A stretch of DNA of 64,000 nt from Heterodontus francisci. Lineage: Eukaryota. This document shows positions 35,671 to 48,039 of the stretch, piece after piece. The first letter of the stretch is position 1; each line of letters opens with the position of its first letter. Position numbers and translations under genes: made by a program. Location: contig NC_090399.1 in NCBI RefSeq assembly GCF_036365525.1, forward strand, positions 31,342,430 through 31,406,429, read 5' to 3'. Under the pieces are notes generated by a model. That model searched no databases. It was not told the origin of the DNA and saw only the letters and a list, made by a program, of their open reading frames with translations.

Positions 35671-38600
35671 AATTGGGGGATGGCCTAAGAGAGGCATGTC
35701 ATTCCCACCCATATCCAATTGCACCCCAATGTCTCTTAGAACCTCAGGCAATGGAATATCTCAGATATTCATGCAATAATGTCACCAATAAATTAGAATA
35801 ATTGAATAGAACAGTATAGCATAAAAGGAGACCATGCAGAACAATCCAGTTAGTCCTCACTTTTACCCTTTTCGCTGCAATGTTCCCCATTCTTTACCAA
35901 TGTATCCAATGCCCTGGAATTTTTAATTTGTTTTCCCGAAATAACTTTGAACTTCTGAACTCTGCATTACTACCTACAGACTCTGTGGATTAGAAGCCTA
36001 TTGAGGGATGACATTGTAAATATCGACCGTGACGGTATTTTTGTTAAATGGGGCAGAAGAAAAGCAGTGTTGCCTTACATAAATCAGATTCCAGAGACTG
36101 AGGATGTGCATTCTTGTAGAAATGTAACAAACCTTTATCAGGAGGCGAATATGAACACGTTTAAAAAATATAAAATATTTTCAGGCTGGCAATTTGTCAT
36201 CTTGATAAGTTTTTGTTTAAAACTAAGGCATTAAATGAGCTACAACAGCTGTAATGGCACAGTTTGAAAAGCCTGATATCAGGCATTTCCCTGAACCATA
36301 ACTTACATATCAAATTGTAAATTTTATACCAGAGTTAAACCTTTTGATAGTAATATTTTGGATTATATTATCCCCATGGAAGCTAATATTGTTTGTCTAT
36401 GGATTAAACACCAGATTTCCTTACCCGCCATGTAATTGATTTCTGGTATATCTGTTTCTTGTCTGCAAAGCAAGAAGGTGAAGCAATTGAACTGCATGTT
36501 CCCATGCCACAACAACGATAACTTAGAATATCTAATAGCCACTTTAACATAATAAAACATCGCAAGCCACTTCACAGGTGCATTATAAAAAATGGCAATG
36601 AAACACATAAGGAGATATTAGGTCAGATGATCAAAAGCTTGGACACAAGCTAAGTTTTAGGGAGTCTCTTAAAAGAGGAAAGTGAGGTAGAGAGGCAGGA
36701 AGGTGTAGGGACGATATTCCACAATTTTGTAATTGAGAAGCATAGAACAACGTAAGGCACAGAAGGAGGCTGTTTGGCCTATCATGTCTGTGCTAGTTGA
36801 AAAAATGTTATCCAGCCTAATCTGAACTTCCAGCTCTTGGTCCGTAGCCCTGTAAATTACAGCACATCAAGTGGTTTTAAATGTGATATGTTTCTGCCTC
36901 TACCACCCTTTCAGAGAGTGGGTTTCAGACCCCCACTACCCTCTGGGTGAAAGAAATTACTGCTCTACTCCCCTCTAATCCTTCTACCAATTACACTCCG
37001 TGTATTTCTTATCATATGAATGTATATTTGCTAACAATTACTCACATTTGTATCTGTTGAACATCTAATGAAAAGGAAAATACAAAAGAAAAGTGCATTA
37101 GAAAATACATTTCTTATTCCTTAAATTTTATTTCTTATTGTTGCCAGTTTTGCTAATGAAGCAAAATAATTCATTCTGAGAAGTGATTCAATATATTTGA
37201 GATACATGATAAAGCCACCGTATGTATGGAAGTTGTTTCATTTCTTTTTAAATACATTTTATCTTAAAATACATTTTATGAAAAGAACAGACGAAGGGGG
37301 CGCCTAAGAGAGGTCTCTAAAGTTCTGAGACATTTTCATGGGGGAGACATAAAGAAAATGTTTCTGCTTGTGGGGGAGTTCAAAATCATAAATATAAATT
37401 AGTCACCAATAAATACAGTAAGGAATTATGTAGGACTTCTTTACCAACAACATGGCTAGAATGTGACACTTGCTACCACATGGAGCAGCTGAGGCAAATA
37501 TCTGATCCAAAGAGTTTTAGAGTCATAGAGTCATTTACAGCACATAAGGAGGACAACTGGCCCATCATGTCCATGCCAGCTCTCGGTGGAGCAATCCAGC
37601 CAGTCCAATTCCCCCGCTCCTTCACTGTAGTTTATTTCCTTCAAGTGCCCAACCAATTTCCTTTTGAAATCATTGACTGTCCCTTCTTCGACAACCCTCG
37701 TAGGCAGTGAGTCTGAGGTCATTGCCGTTCACTGCATTGAAAAAGTTCTTCCTCACATCCTCCCTGCATCTCTTGCCCAAAAGCTAAATTCTGTGTCCCC
37801 TAGTCCTTGTATCATCAACTAATAGGTACAGTTTTTATTTGCCTATCCTATCTAAACCTGTCATAATCTTGTACACTTCTATCACTTCTCCCCTCAATCT
37901 CCTTTGCTGCAAGGAGAATGAAGTGGGACCAGAAGGGTAACATTAATAGAATTAATATTAGAACGCATTAATAAGGTTAGAAGAATCACTGTAGTTGTAA
38001 GGGATCATGGAATGATGGGATACTTGACCACGATGCTGGAACTGTACAGATCTGTACTTAATTGCCTTCACAGTCTGTGTAAACATGCTGTCCTTGCTTC
38101 ACTAATCAAAGAGATAGGGGAAAGGCTGGAATCAAGACAAACAGTGAACTGGGAGCTGGCAGCTTCAAGGTTTTGGAGGAGATCGCAGATGAATGTTTGT
38201 GGGCAGTGCAATCCAGGTTGTTGATCAAGCTGCAGACCTGGGAAGTGTCAGGGTAGTATGAACAATGAGTGATGGTTATTGTATCCCATAAACATGTGCC
38301 GCAGACTCTGTTTCATTGAGAAGCTGTTGGATGACCAGAGGGCTGCTCCCTTGCATATGCTTGATGAAAAGTCTTTATTTGCTTAATCCCATGGATTCAA
38401 GAGTTGTTATTTTCCCCACAGCAGTTTAGCTGTCAGGATCCTTGAGGCTCCGTCGCCGGTGCCAGGTCCAAAGTTGGCATCAGGGAGCAGTTGAGTACAT
38501 TTACTTTACCAACCAATAGATGGGGAGGTTGATGCTCGGGACGGGAAGCTGACTTGCAAATATGAGGATGCGAAACAAAGAAGAGGTCCACAGGTGGAAT

Positions 38601-41600
38601 AACTAAAGATGTTTCAGTGCCAGGATCATGGGTCCTTGAGTAAAAGAAGAGGTAATATCATTCTCGAGGTTAACCAGGCGAAGCAGTGAACTTCTGTAGA
38701 GGAAACGACAAGTCTGCTTCCACAGAGAGGAGGTAAGAATGATCGGAGAGGACATGAGAGTTCCGTTTCCCATAAAGGAATGATCGTAGGGTCGTGAGAG
38801 ATCCGTACCCACACAAATAGTGACAATAGTAAGGCTATAAAACATCAGCCATGGCAAATAGGATCCGGAGTGGGGACCCAAAGGGTCACTCACCAAATTT
38901 TTGGCAGCCAAAAACAGGAAGACTTTAGATAAAGTGATCAAGAAGGTTGGGATCCCTCATGGACCCAGATAAGCATTAAGAATGGTGGAATGAACATAAA
39001 AATTGAATAATTATATTATGCAAGTGTTATCTTACCATGTGTCAGTTTAGAAAGTCTGAATTAGCTAGGCGAACTCAGGAAAAGAGATAGGTTACAAGTG
39101 TTAGAAGACTGAGAGCCAGAGTGGGAAAGTGAGAGATATCAGGCTGAGGTCAGAGGGACAATTTAAACAAGATGCTTTAGTGAAATTTAAAGTGAGTAAA
39201 AGCAAGTTACTGTGTCTTTGTTCGAGTCTGTATGAATGTTGGAAGCTTCCATGACTTTCTGTCCTTGTCTGTGTAGCTTGTGTGCTGTAGACCTAACAGT
39301 CGCTAACCCTTTGTTGTCTGGCTTTAATGTTGAAAATATGAGTCTGTTACTTGTTCTATTCTTGTTCATGAATATTTCTATGGGAACCTTGAGTCATGTT
39401 TTGAGTATGAACTAGTTGAACTTGCGTGTGCTCCTTGGGCTTGGGACTCGGAATTTAATACTGATTTTTAGTACTTTGAATTCATAACCCATTACAGGAA
39501 TCAACATTTCTAAGTTGTTTGGAATTAAGAAAGTGTGAATGTGAGAGCTGAGTGTGTTCATTTAGTCTAAGATTGTGCACCCAGAAATGGGATATAAAAA
39601 CTGGTTTACATTTTAAATTAAAAATGCTGGTGTAGTGTTTTATATTTATTTTAAAAGTTTGTTTTGAAACTGTGGAAAGGCAATGCACAATTTTGTAAGT
39701 GATAAGCTTCAGCCTTGAAGGCTTGGAAATGCCTGGCAGAAATCCAATTTGAAGTTTTTTTAAAAGCTTTGCTTTAATTGGACCAAAGTTTACAATCGGC
39801 TATTGTTCTTTTTTTGCAGTTTAAATTAAAGACATGTCTTACTGATTGTTAAAGGATGAATAATGGAAATATTGGAAGTCTTTTAAAGTTAGTTTAAGAG
39901 GCTGGTGTTAAATCTTCGTTATAATAATATTAAATAACCTTTTCTTTAGTTTTTGGTTTATTACAGTCAACTGAAAATGCGCCGGAAGAAAGAACATGAA
40001 AAGTGATGCAATTTTCCTTTTCTTTTTAAAAAGTATTTGCTTTTCTGTTCTGTGTGTAGTTCATATGCATTGGTTTGAATTAAATTCAAATTTTAAGGTT
40101 AACTGACCTGTTAAATTGAGAAAATTGGAATTTCATTAGTGATCACAATGAACTTTGAAGTTATCATTTCATGGTATAAGGGAGTATTTAATTCCTAATA
40201 TAAGGCTTGCTCGTATATAACATTGGCACTTTTGACTTGTAAATGTTTATTGCTGTGAATTTGAATTGGGAATCATCCTTGTTGTGTCAAAAAAATTCTT
40301 GGATTAGGCACCTCTTACAAAATGTTAAAAGTTTGGAAACAATAGGAGTTCAATCGAAAATGCTGCCTTCCCTCATGGAGATGTTTTGAAGTTTAAAGGA
40401 AGATCAAAATCTTAAAAAAAGCAGTTTAAGTGGTTTCTATGAATACAGAGGATATGGGAAGAAATCAATGGAACATTAACAGAACCCTGTCATCCCAGCA
40501 ACACTGTTACTTGAATTTGGAATAATTTTGAGCTGCACAAAGTCCAGTGCAATTCAGCAAGTTACGTTTAAAAAACTAAAATGTCATCTAAGATAAAGAA
40601 CAAACAAATAAACGAAGGATAAAACATAAAAGGTAATTGTCGCGCTGTGTCATGAGCGCATAAGAGAGTGGGTGCGTGGTGCACAGCAGTCATGAGGAAA
40701 GATAAAGGATCTTAGAAGGTTGGCAGTAAATAATTTGGGGTGGTTTTACCATTTTAGGGTATTGTCCTGAACAGACTGAGACAGGAGTCAGGAAGAAAAC
40801 ACATGTGTTCATAAGCTTCGCTTTGTGTATTAAATCAGTGTCCTGTTATTTCCTTGTCTGTGTTAGCTCCGACTGTGTCACCAGGCTAATGGCTTACTAA
40901 CCCTCAGTGGTCCTGGTCCTGCATGATGGTCGAAAGTTTTGATAGCTGCATAAAATGGATGAGAAGTTGTTAAAGCACACGTTTTGTTTTGGCAAGGGAA
41001 AAGAGAGAAGGGTTCCTTTAAGGGGGACGATAGGTAATGATACTCAGCATTGTCATTTCGATTGTTCAAGTGGGTGAAAAACTCTAAGGTCACCTTTCCT
41101 TCACCCCACACTTGTGAGAGGCTGCTGTTTGAAGTTTCACAGATTTAAACAAAGGACAAAGACCACTGATGCATTTTATTTCCTTTGTTTTGTTTTTTTC
41201 ATCTTATGTTGTTAAGTTGAATGAGCGTTGCAGAAATTGTGTGGATAATGCATGTGTGTAAAGTTTAATGTGCTTTCTTCCCTAAAGGGTGGTCGCACAT
41301 AAGATTTGTCAGCGCATTAAAAATAAGAAGGTATTTCACAATGAGGAATATGAATTGGATCAAAAGGATGGTGTAAACAAACTAAATGTTTAAGTTATAA
41401 GAGATTCGAGTTGCGACTTCTGGTCGACATTCACAACCCGACTGTATTTTGATGAACGTGGGAATTTTAATCCAGATCTGAGTTCGTGCATGTTAGAACA
41501 CGGCAAATTTTTAATGTTAGATACTGCTAATTGGAATGTGGGAAATAGCTTGGGCCTGAAACAGTCTGTGTGTTTTATGTTTAAATTGTTAAAAGGAAAA

Positions 41601-42301
41601 GAATTTGACAAAGGGATCTAAAAAGTTTGGAATTTTTAAACATTGCGGGAGGAATGTGTTCTGAAACATAAATTTCCTGTTTCTTTGAAAAGTATTTGTT
41701 TAAACTATACATAGCTCGTGGTTTGTTCTGGCTCAGTCGGAAAGGAGTGGTGACATCATCACTAGTCCATCTGAAAACGTTCGCCCCACCCCCTTTCAGA
41801 CGAGCGGAAAGTTAACCCTTTCCGCTTGCAGTTTAAAGCTGGCCATACAACTTTCAAAATTTATCGCAACAAGATTGCTCAGAGGTTCAGGAATTTGATC
41901 AGACATCTACAATGAATTGAAGCTGATGAATTAAACGAAATTACTTTGTGTTGGTATTCTAACCTGAAATTTAAAGAGATTCAAGTTAAACAATAAAACC
42001 AGACACACGGACCTGGTGGTTTCTGCTTGGACAACAGTAAATATTGGACTAAATATGCAAACAACATCACTGTGTGTTAGCTCAGAGCTTTAGTGAAGGT
42101 ATCTATCCTGGATAGATAGATTGAAAAGGGAAAAATCTAAAAGTCAAGGGATTCGTACTTTACCTTCCAGGAATGCCACATGGGGTGACGCCACTCCTGA
42201 TGGTCTCAAGTCAAATGACATGACTCACATTCTGTTTCTGCCAACAGGAGGGCCAGTAACAGATCGCTTAGTTATTTTGTTTCAGCTGAACCACTAGAGC
42301 A

Positions 42302-43920
42302 ATGGCAACCTGGTGGGTAGCAGTAACGGTGATCACTCTCCTGGTAACCAGAGCAGCAAGGAAGCCGCCCACTGCAAGTCTCAACAGAACCACATGCCTA
42401 TATCCAAGACAGTACGTGCAACTATCTAAAGGAGGGAGCACCTCAAGGGCGTCTAACACCAGAGTGAACATCGCGGTGGGAGGGACCAATCTGTCTCTAG
42501 TTGTTTGAGAACTCAAAGGGAAGGGTCTGTGACATGTTGGATCAGGATTTGGTAGATAAGGTTGTTTCAGATACTGAAGATATAAGATTTGGTATGGCCG
42601 CCCGACATATACATCAGGCTGTGAAAAGTTTAAATCTGATTAATTTGGACGAGGAAGGACAGGAACTGGTAGTTACACAACCTATAATGGGCGGAGTGGA
42701 GAGTAAAATCAAATCCCTGATGATTGTGCTTCAAGAACATGCAAATAGCACCTATACAGGGGGATATAAATTCGTATCCCTGGGGGTGCTGAGGGATGAG
42801 TTGGTGTGTATGGAGGACCCTGGGGATATATGGCTCCCTGTTTAAATGGTACTCTTCGATGAGAGTGGGGGATTCAATTACTAGAGGACACGAGTTCAAA
42901 GTGAAAGGGGAAAAGTTTAGGGGGGATATGCGTGGAAAGTTCTTTACGCAGAGGGTGGTGGGTGCCTGGAACGCGTTGCCAGCGGAGGTGGTAGATGCGG
43001 GCACGATGGCGTCTTTTAAGATGTATCTAGACAGATACATGAATGGGCAGGAAGAAAAGAGATACAGACCCTTAGAAAATAGGCGACATGTTTAGATAGA
43101 GGATCTGGATCGGCGCAGGCTTGGAGGGCCGAAGGGCCTGTTCCTGTGCTGTAATTTTCTTTGTTCTTTGTTCTTTGAGAACATGAGAATGTTGGACTGA
43201 GTTGCAGCATTACATCATCTGCTCTTGTAATACTCGGATACCCATCAGCAATGACTCTGCCATAGTGGTATCCATTAGCACTCTTGAAGAAGCCTTGAAG
43301 ACAGTGAAAACCTCCACTTCCCAAATTGTGCTTTTTGACGGACAAGAAAAGGTTCTTATACGGAGGATTGGAGTGTAATACTAATCACACCTTCTGCCTA
43401 CAATTCACTGATTCCTTTACAGTCAAACTACATGACTCACAGTGGGGGATTTCCATCTTGAGGACAGGGTCCTCATGCTTATGTGTTCAGCCCATGGTGG
43501 GATGGTCACTAAACATTGACAATGTCCCAGAAAGAATAGCCTAGAAGTGGTGCAAAGGGCCTCAGCCACCACTAGGAGATTTATGGAGCAAAGCCGTCAA
43601 ACAATCGCAAGGGGCAAGGTGCCAGTGAACCTAGCCAAAGGACTGGCTAGAGTATTGGAGGACTTGGCCAGAAATCAAGCCAAGATGGCAGGAATGGGAA
43701 TAACTGATGGGAAGTGGGAAAGATCGCTGCCGCCATTGTGACAATTGCAGCCCTGTTAGTTGGTGCCTGCATTTGTTGCTGGCAGAGGCTGAAGTTATCC
43801 CAAGCGGTGCAGATGATGATATTGGCCAACAAACGGTACACCCCAGTATCTACCGCAGTTGAAGCCCCTCTCCAAGGGAATATTAAACTCTGGAATATTT
43901 AAGAGGATTTTGCTATCTAA
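42302..43920 (+). pseudogene. Decayed envelope-like gene, copy 2, interrupted by a CR1 3' fragment
   Basis: As copy 1, but retains more ectodomain sequence (ECWTELQHYIICSCNTRIPISND; LCFLTDKKRFLYGGLECNTNHTFCLQF; helical RFMEQSRQTIARGK...LARVLEDLARNQ). Confidence 0.7.
42865..43175 (+). mobile_element. 5'-truncated CR1/HER1 LINE insertion, copy 2 only, TSD TGAGA
   Basis: ORF2 C-terminus TRGHEFK...FFTQRVVGAWNALP, 3'UTR ggccgaagggcctgtt and (tgttctt)n tail. Empty site at 2885-2891 in copy 1. Confidence 0.92.
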
Positions 43921-45489
43921 AGGGATAATAGTTTCGGGCCCAGCCTAGGTCAATAGGACTTCAGTGAAGCCGTAAGAGAATGGTCGACCATGATATCTGA
44001 AACCCACTGAACTCCAGTAGGATCCCTAGAGCAATTGGTGAGTGGAGGATGTCGGGAATGACCCGACTGGGTCAGTTGCTGCGTCTGACTAGAGGTCCAA
44101 AAGGAAGGACTGAAGTGGGACCAAAAGGGTAATATTAATGGAATTAGTATTACAATGTATTAACGTTTAGAAGAATTACAGTAGTTGTAAGGGACCATGG
44201 AATGATGGGATGCTGGACCACTATGCTGGAACTGTGCAACTCTGTACTTAATTGCCTTCGTGGTCTGTGTAAACATGCTTTTCTTGTTTCACTGATCAAA
44301 GAGATAAGGGGAAAGGCTGGAGACGAGACAATCAGCAAATTATGGGAGCTGGTAGATTCAAGGTTTGGGAGGAGATAGCAGGAGAATGTTTGTGGGGCAA
44401 TACAATCCAGGTTATTGATCAAGCTGCAGACCTATAATGTATCAGTGTAGTGTGAACAATGAGTAATGGTTATTGTATTCTATAAATGTGTGCTCCAGTC
44501 TCTCTTTCACTCAGAAGCTGTTTGGGTGACCAAGGCTTCTCCCTTGCCGTTGCTTGATTGAAAGCCTTTATTTGCTTTAATCCCGTGGTCTCGAGAGTGG
44601 TTATGTTCTCCATAACAAGAACAACCCTAGCTTCTCCGACTTCACCTTGTAACTACAATCCTCCATCCCTGGAACCATTCTGGGAAATCGCCTCTCCACT
44701 CTCTCAAGGATCCTCACATTCTTCCTGAGGTGTTGTGACCAGAACTTGATGCAGTCCTCCAGTTGGAGCCTAACTAGAGCTTTATAAAAGTTCAGCATAA
44801 CTTCCATGATTTTGCACTCAATGCCTCTATTTATGAATCCCTAGATCCCATATGCTTTACTAACCGGTCTCTCAACATGTCATGCCACCTTCAAAGACCC
44901 CCATGTCCTTTTGTCCCTGCAAATTCTTTAGAACTGTACCATTACGTATATATTGTCTCACCCTATACCTTCTGCCAAAAAGCATGATCTCACACTTGGT
45001 TGTATTAAATTCCACTGGCCACTTTTCTGATTTAAGTGGATGCTGGATCAGTACATGAGAAAGAAAGCAAAGCAATAGAGGTTATGCTGACAGAGTTAGA
45101 TGAAGGAGGATGGGAAGAGGCTCAGGTGGAGCATAAAAACTGGCATAGACCAAGTGGGTTAAAAGGTTTGTTTCTGTGCTATATTTTCTATGGAATTGTA
45201 CATACCTTAAATCAAAATTAAATTCTTGGGCCTTGTCGCTTTGTGAAGATCAGTGTACCAATAGGTTCTAACTAAATTGCTATTTTAAGGGATAGATTTA
45301 CCTGTTTATTAGACACACTAGCCTGTGTGTTATAGCAATTGAGAAAACCAACTTTATACAATCCCATTAAACCTCTATGCATCTGTTTCCCACACATAAT
45401 GTGAAAGCGTAAGACATGTAGCATGAACACCTCGAGCAGAGGGTGTCCAAGCTTTTGTCTTCCTGGGCCACACAGCCTTGGGAAAGGAC

Positions 45490-45707
45490 TCATACGACAA
45501 GTCTACTCCAAATCCTATTGATTTGCAATTGGCTCAAGTTGCTCTTCGGAACAGATTTGTGTTTGAATTCAGGATTTATCCAGCAACCGGGCACCAGTGA
45601 CGGGAGAACATAGCTCTTTGCAACCTTCCATGAAACCACCAAAGTGAGAAATGTTGTAGAAATAATCTTGGTCAATAGCACACAACGGGAAATATTGCAT
45701 CGGGCAC
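45490..45707 (-). CDS. Candidate alternative terminal TM exon with Lys in the membrane segment (copy 2)
   Basis: Phase-1 NAGNAG acceptor (tttagcag|GT) gives GARCNISRCVLLTKIISTTFLTLVVSWKVAKSY...*. Weak pyrimidine tract. The copy-1 equivalent (5129..5339) has a 7-nt deletion after the acceptor. Confidence 0.3.
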
Positions 45708-47925
45708 CTGCTAAATGTTCAGCCTGATAATCCAATCCTTTCCAGTCAATGGGTATAGTTGCATAGTATTTATGCTACTGAACCAAATTGCAGAGGCCTG
45801 TACTAATGATCCAGAGGCATGAGTACACAAACCCATCCCATCAACTGGAGAAATTAAATTCAGTTAATTAAATAAATTTGGAATTTAAAAAGAAACTAGC
45901 ACCTGTAGTAGTGACCATAAAACGACTGGGTTTGTCGCAAAAACCATCTGGTTCACTCATGTCCTTTCGAGAAGGAAACTTGCCGTCCTTACCTGTCAGG
46001 GCTTATATGTAAATCCAGACCAACACCAATGTGGTTGACTCTTAACTGCCCTCTGAAATTGCCTAGCAAATCATTCGGTTGTCTCAAGGTCAAACTGGAG
46101 GTGGGCAATAAAGGCTGGCCCTGCCAGTAGTGTCCACATTCCCATGAATGAGTAAATAAGAGAAATGAATATTGGACGGGCAGGCAGGTGATTGCTTTAT
46201 TCATTCCTGTAGTGTGAGCATCATTGGTAAGGCCAGCATTTATTGTCCATCCCTAATTTCCCTTGAGAAGGTGGTGGTGAACTGCCTTCTTGTACTGCTG
46301 CAGTCCATGTGGTGTAGGTGCACCCACAATGCTTTTTTTCCCCTGTAGCGGTTTGATACAACTGAGTGGTTTGGTGGGCAATTTCAGAGGGGAGTTAAGA
46401 GTGAACCAAATTGATGTGGATCTGGAGTCATGTGCAAGCCAGACCGGGCAAGGACAGCATATTTCCTGCCGTGAAAGACATTAGTAAACTAGCCAGGTGT
46501 TTACGATAATCTGGTAGTTTAATGATTGTTATTAATGAGAGCAGCATTTTCCTCCAGGTTTTATTAATCAATTGAATTTAAGTTCCCCCCCCCCCCCCCC
46601 CCAATCTGGAGTGGTGATTTGAACTTATGTCTCCAGAACATCAGTTCAAGCCTCTGGATTACTAGCCTAGTAATATTACCACTATACTACCGCTACCATT
46701 TCCTCTTATAATGTCCCCCATTTTGCATTAACACTCATATTAAATTCCTACCCCACCACACAAAAATAACATCCCTTTTTTATAGGTTCTGCAAGATGGG
46801 ATTAGAATGGGCAGCTAGTTTTTTTCAGCTGGCGCCGACATGATGGACTGAATGGCCTCTTTCTGTGCCGTACGTTTTCTGTGTCACCCAGATTGCGAAG
46901 GACGCATGACTGGGTCTTAGGATGCACATCCTTCTTTATTTTTTCATACAGATAACCTTGCTAACCAATTCTTAATGTCCCTGAAAATGTGTTGGCAGTT
47001 TTTTTTTTCTTGAAGCAGCTGCTGTTATAACTAAGTATCTCGGACTTGAGAGAGCATCATGTGTCAACCGAAGTTACTTGCAGGTCAAAGCATGATGATA
47101 TATTCCCAGCCGATTTTTTCCAAAATTCTGCAACTTTCAAAGCCATTCCCCATTGTCAAATTACCATATTCATTAAATGTAACTTCACCACTAACTAAAG
47201 TATCGTTTTAACTGACAAGAACACTGTGGCTGGTCTGGTACCATCTCTACAGTATTGGTCTGATTATTTAAGGAAGGATGTAAATGCGTTGGAAGCAGTT
47301 CAGAGAAGGTTAACTAGACTAATATGGAATGAGCGGGTTGTCTTATGAGGGAATGTTGGACAGGCTAGGCTTGCAGCCGCTGGAGTTTAGAAGAGGATGA
47401 GGCGACTTGATTGAAACATATCAGGTCCTGAGGGGTAGATGTAGAAAGGTGTTTTTCCCATGTGGGAGTATCTGGAACTAGGGGGTCACTATTTAGAAAA
47501 AAAGAGTTACCTATTTAAGACATAAGTTAGATTTTTTTTCTCAGATGGTCGTGAGCCCTTGGAACTCTCTTCCACAAAAGGCGGTGGAAGCAGTCTTTGA
47601 ATATGTTTAAGGCAGAGGCAGATAGATTCTTGCTAAGCAAGGCGGTGAAAGGTTATTGGGGTTAGGCGGGATGTGGAGTTGAGGTTACAATCAGATCAGT
47701 CATGATGTTATCGAATGGCGGATCAGGCTCAAGGGCCAAGTGGCCTACTTCTCTTCCTAATTCGCATGTTCATATGTTCGTACTACATCACTGTACCCAT
47801 TAGCCAATGTACCCCTAGAGCTGCCAATTGGATACCTCGCACTTAATTATTCAATGTAAATCTTCCCACCACAATATTGCACAACCTTAACGCTTATCAA
47901 ACAGCAAAAAAATCGACATCATTAC

Positions 47926-48039
47926 CTTTTTTTCTGCGTAACTGCACACAGCGGAGTGCAACAATTAGAAGGACGCCTCCTGTCACTGGTGCACTGATGA
48001 CCAGGGTTAGTAACAGACCGTTGATAGATTCTGTTTTCT
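47926..48039 (-). CDS. Transmembrane exon of the NCR3-like gene, copy 2
   Basis: 114 nt, ccatag|...|GTAATG. EKTESINGLLLTLVISAPVTGGVLLIVALRCVQLRRKK. Confidence 0.85.

Larger units (their letters stand above)
37919..44617 (+). mobile_element. Full-length LTR provirus-like element, non-autonomous, env-like gene only
   Basis: 5' LTR 37919..38423 and 3' LTR 44111..44617, both TG...CA. Polypurine tract aaaaggaaggac before the 3' LTR. 4-bp TSD AGAA (37915-37918 / 44618-44621). Splits a CR1 fragment (...gcaaggagaa^caaccctagc...). Confidence 0.9.

Noticed and set aside
38424-38442. Assigning a tRNA primer to the env-bearing element (gtttagctgtcaggatcc)
   Set aside because: Only loosely similar to a tRNA-Ser PBS; too degenerate to call.
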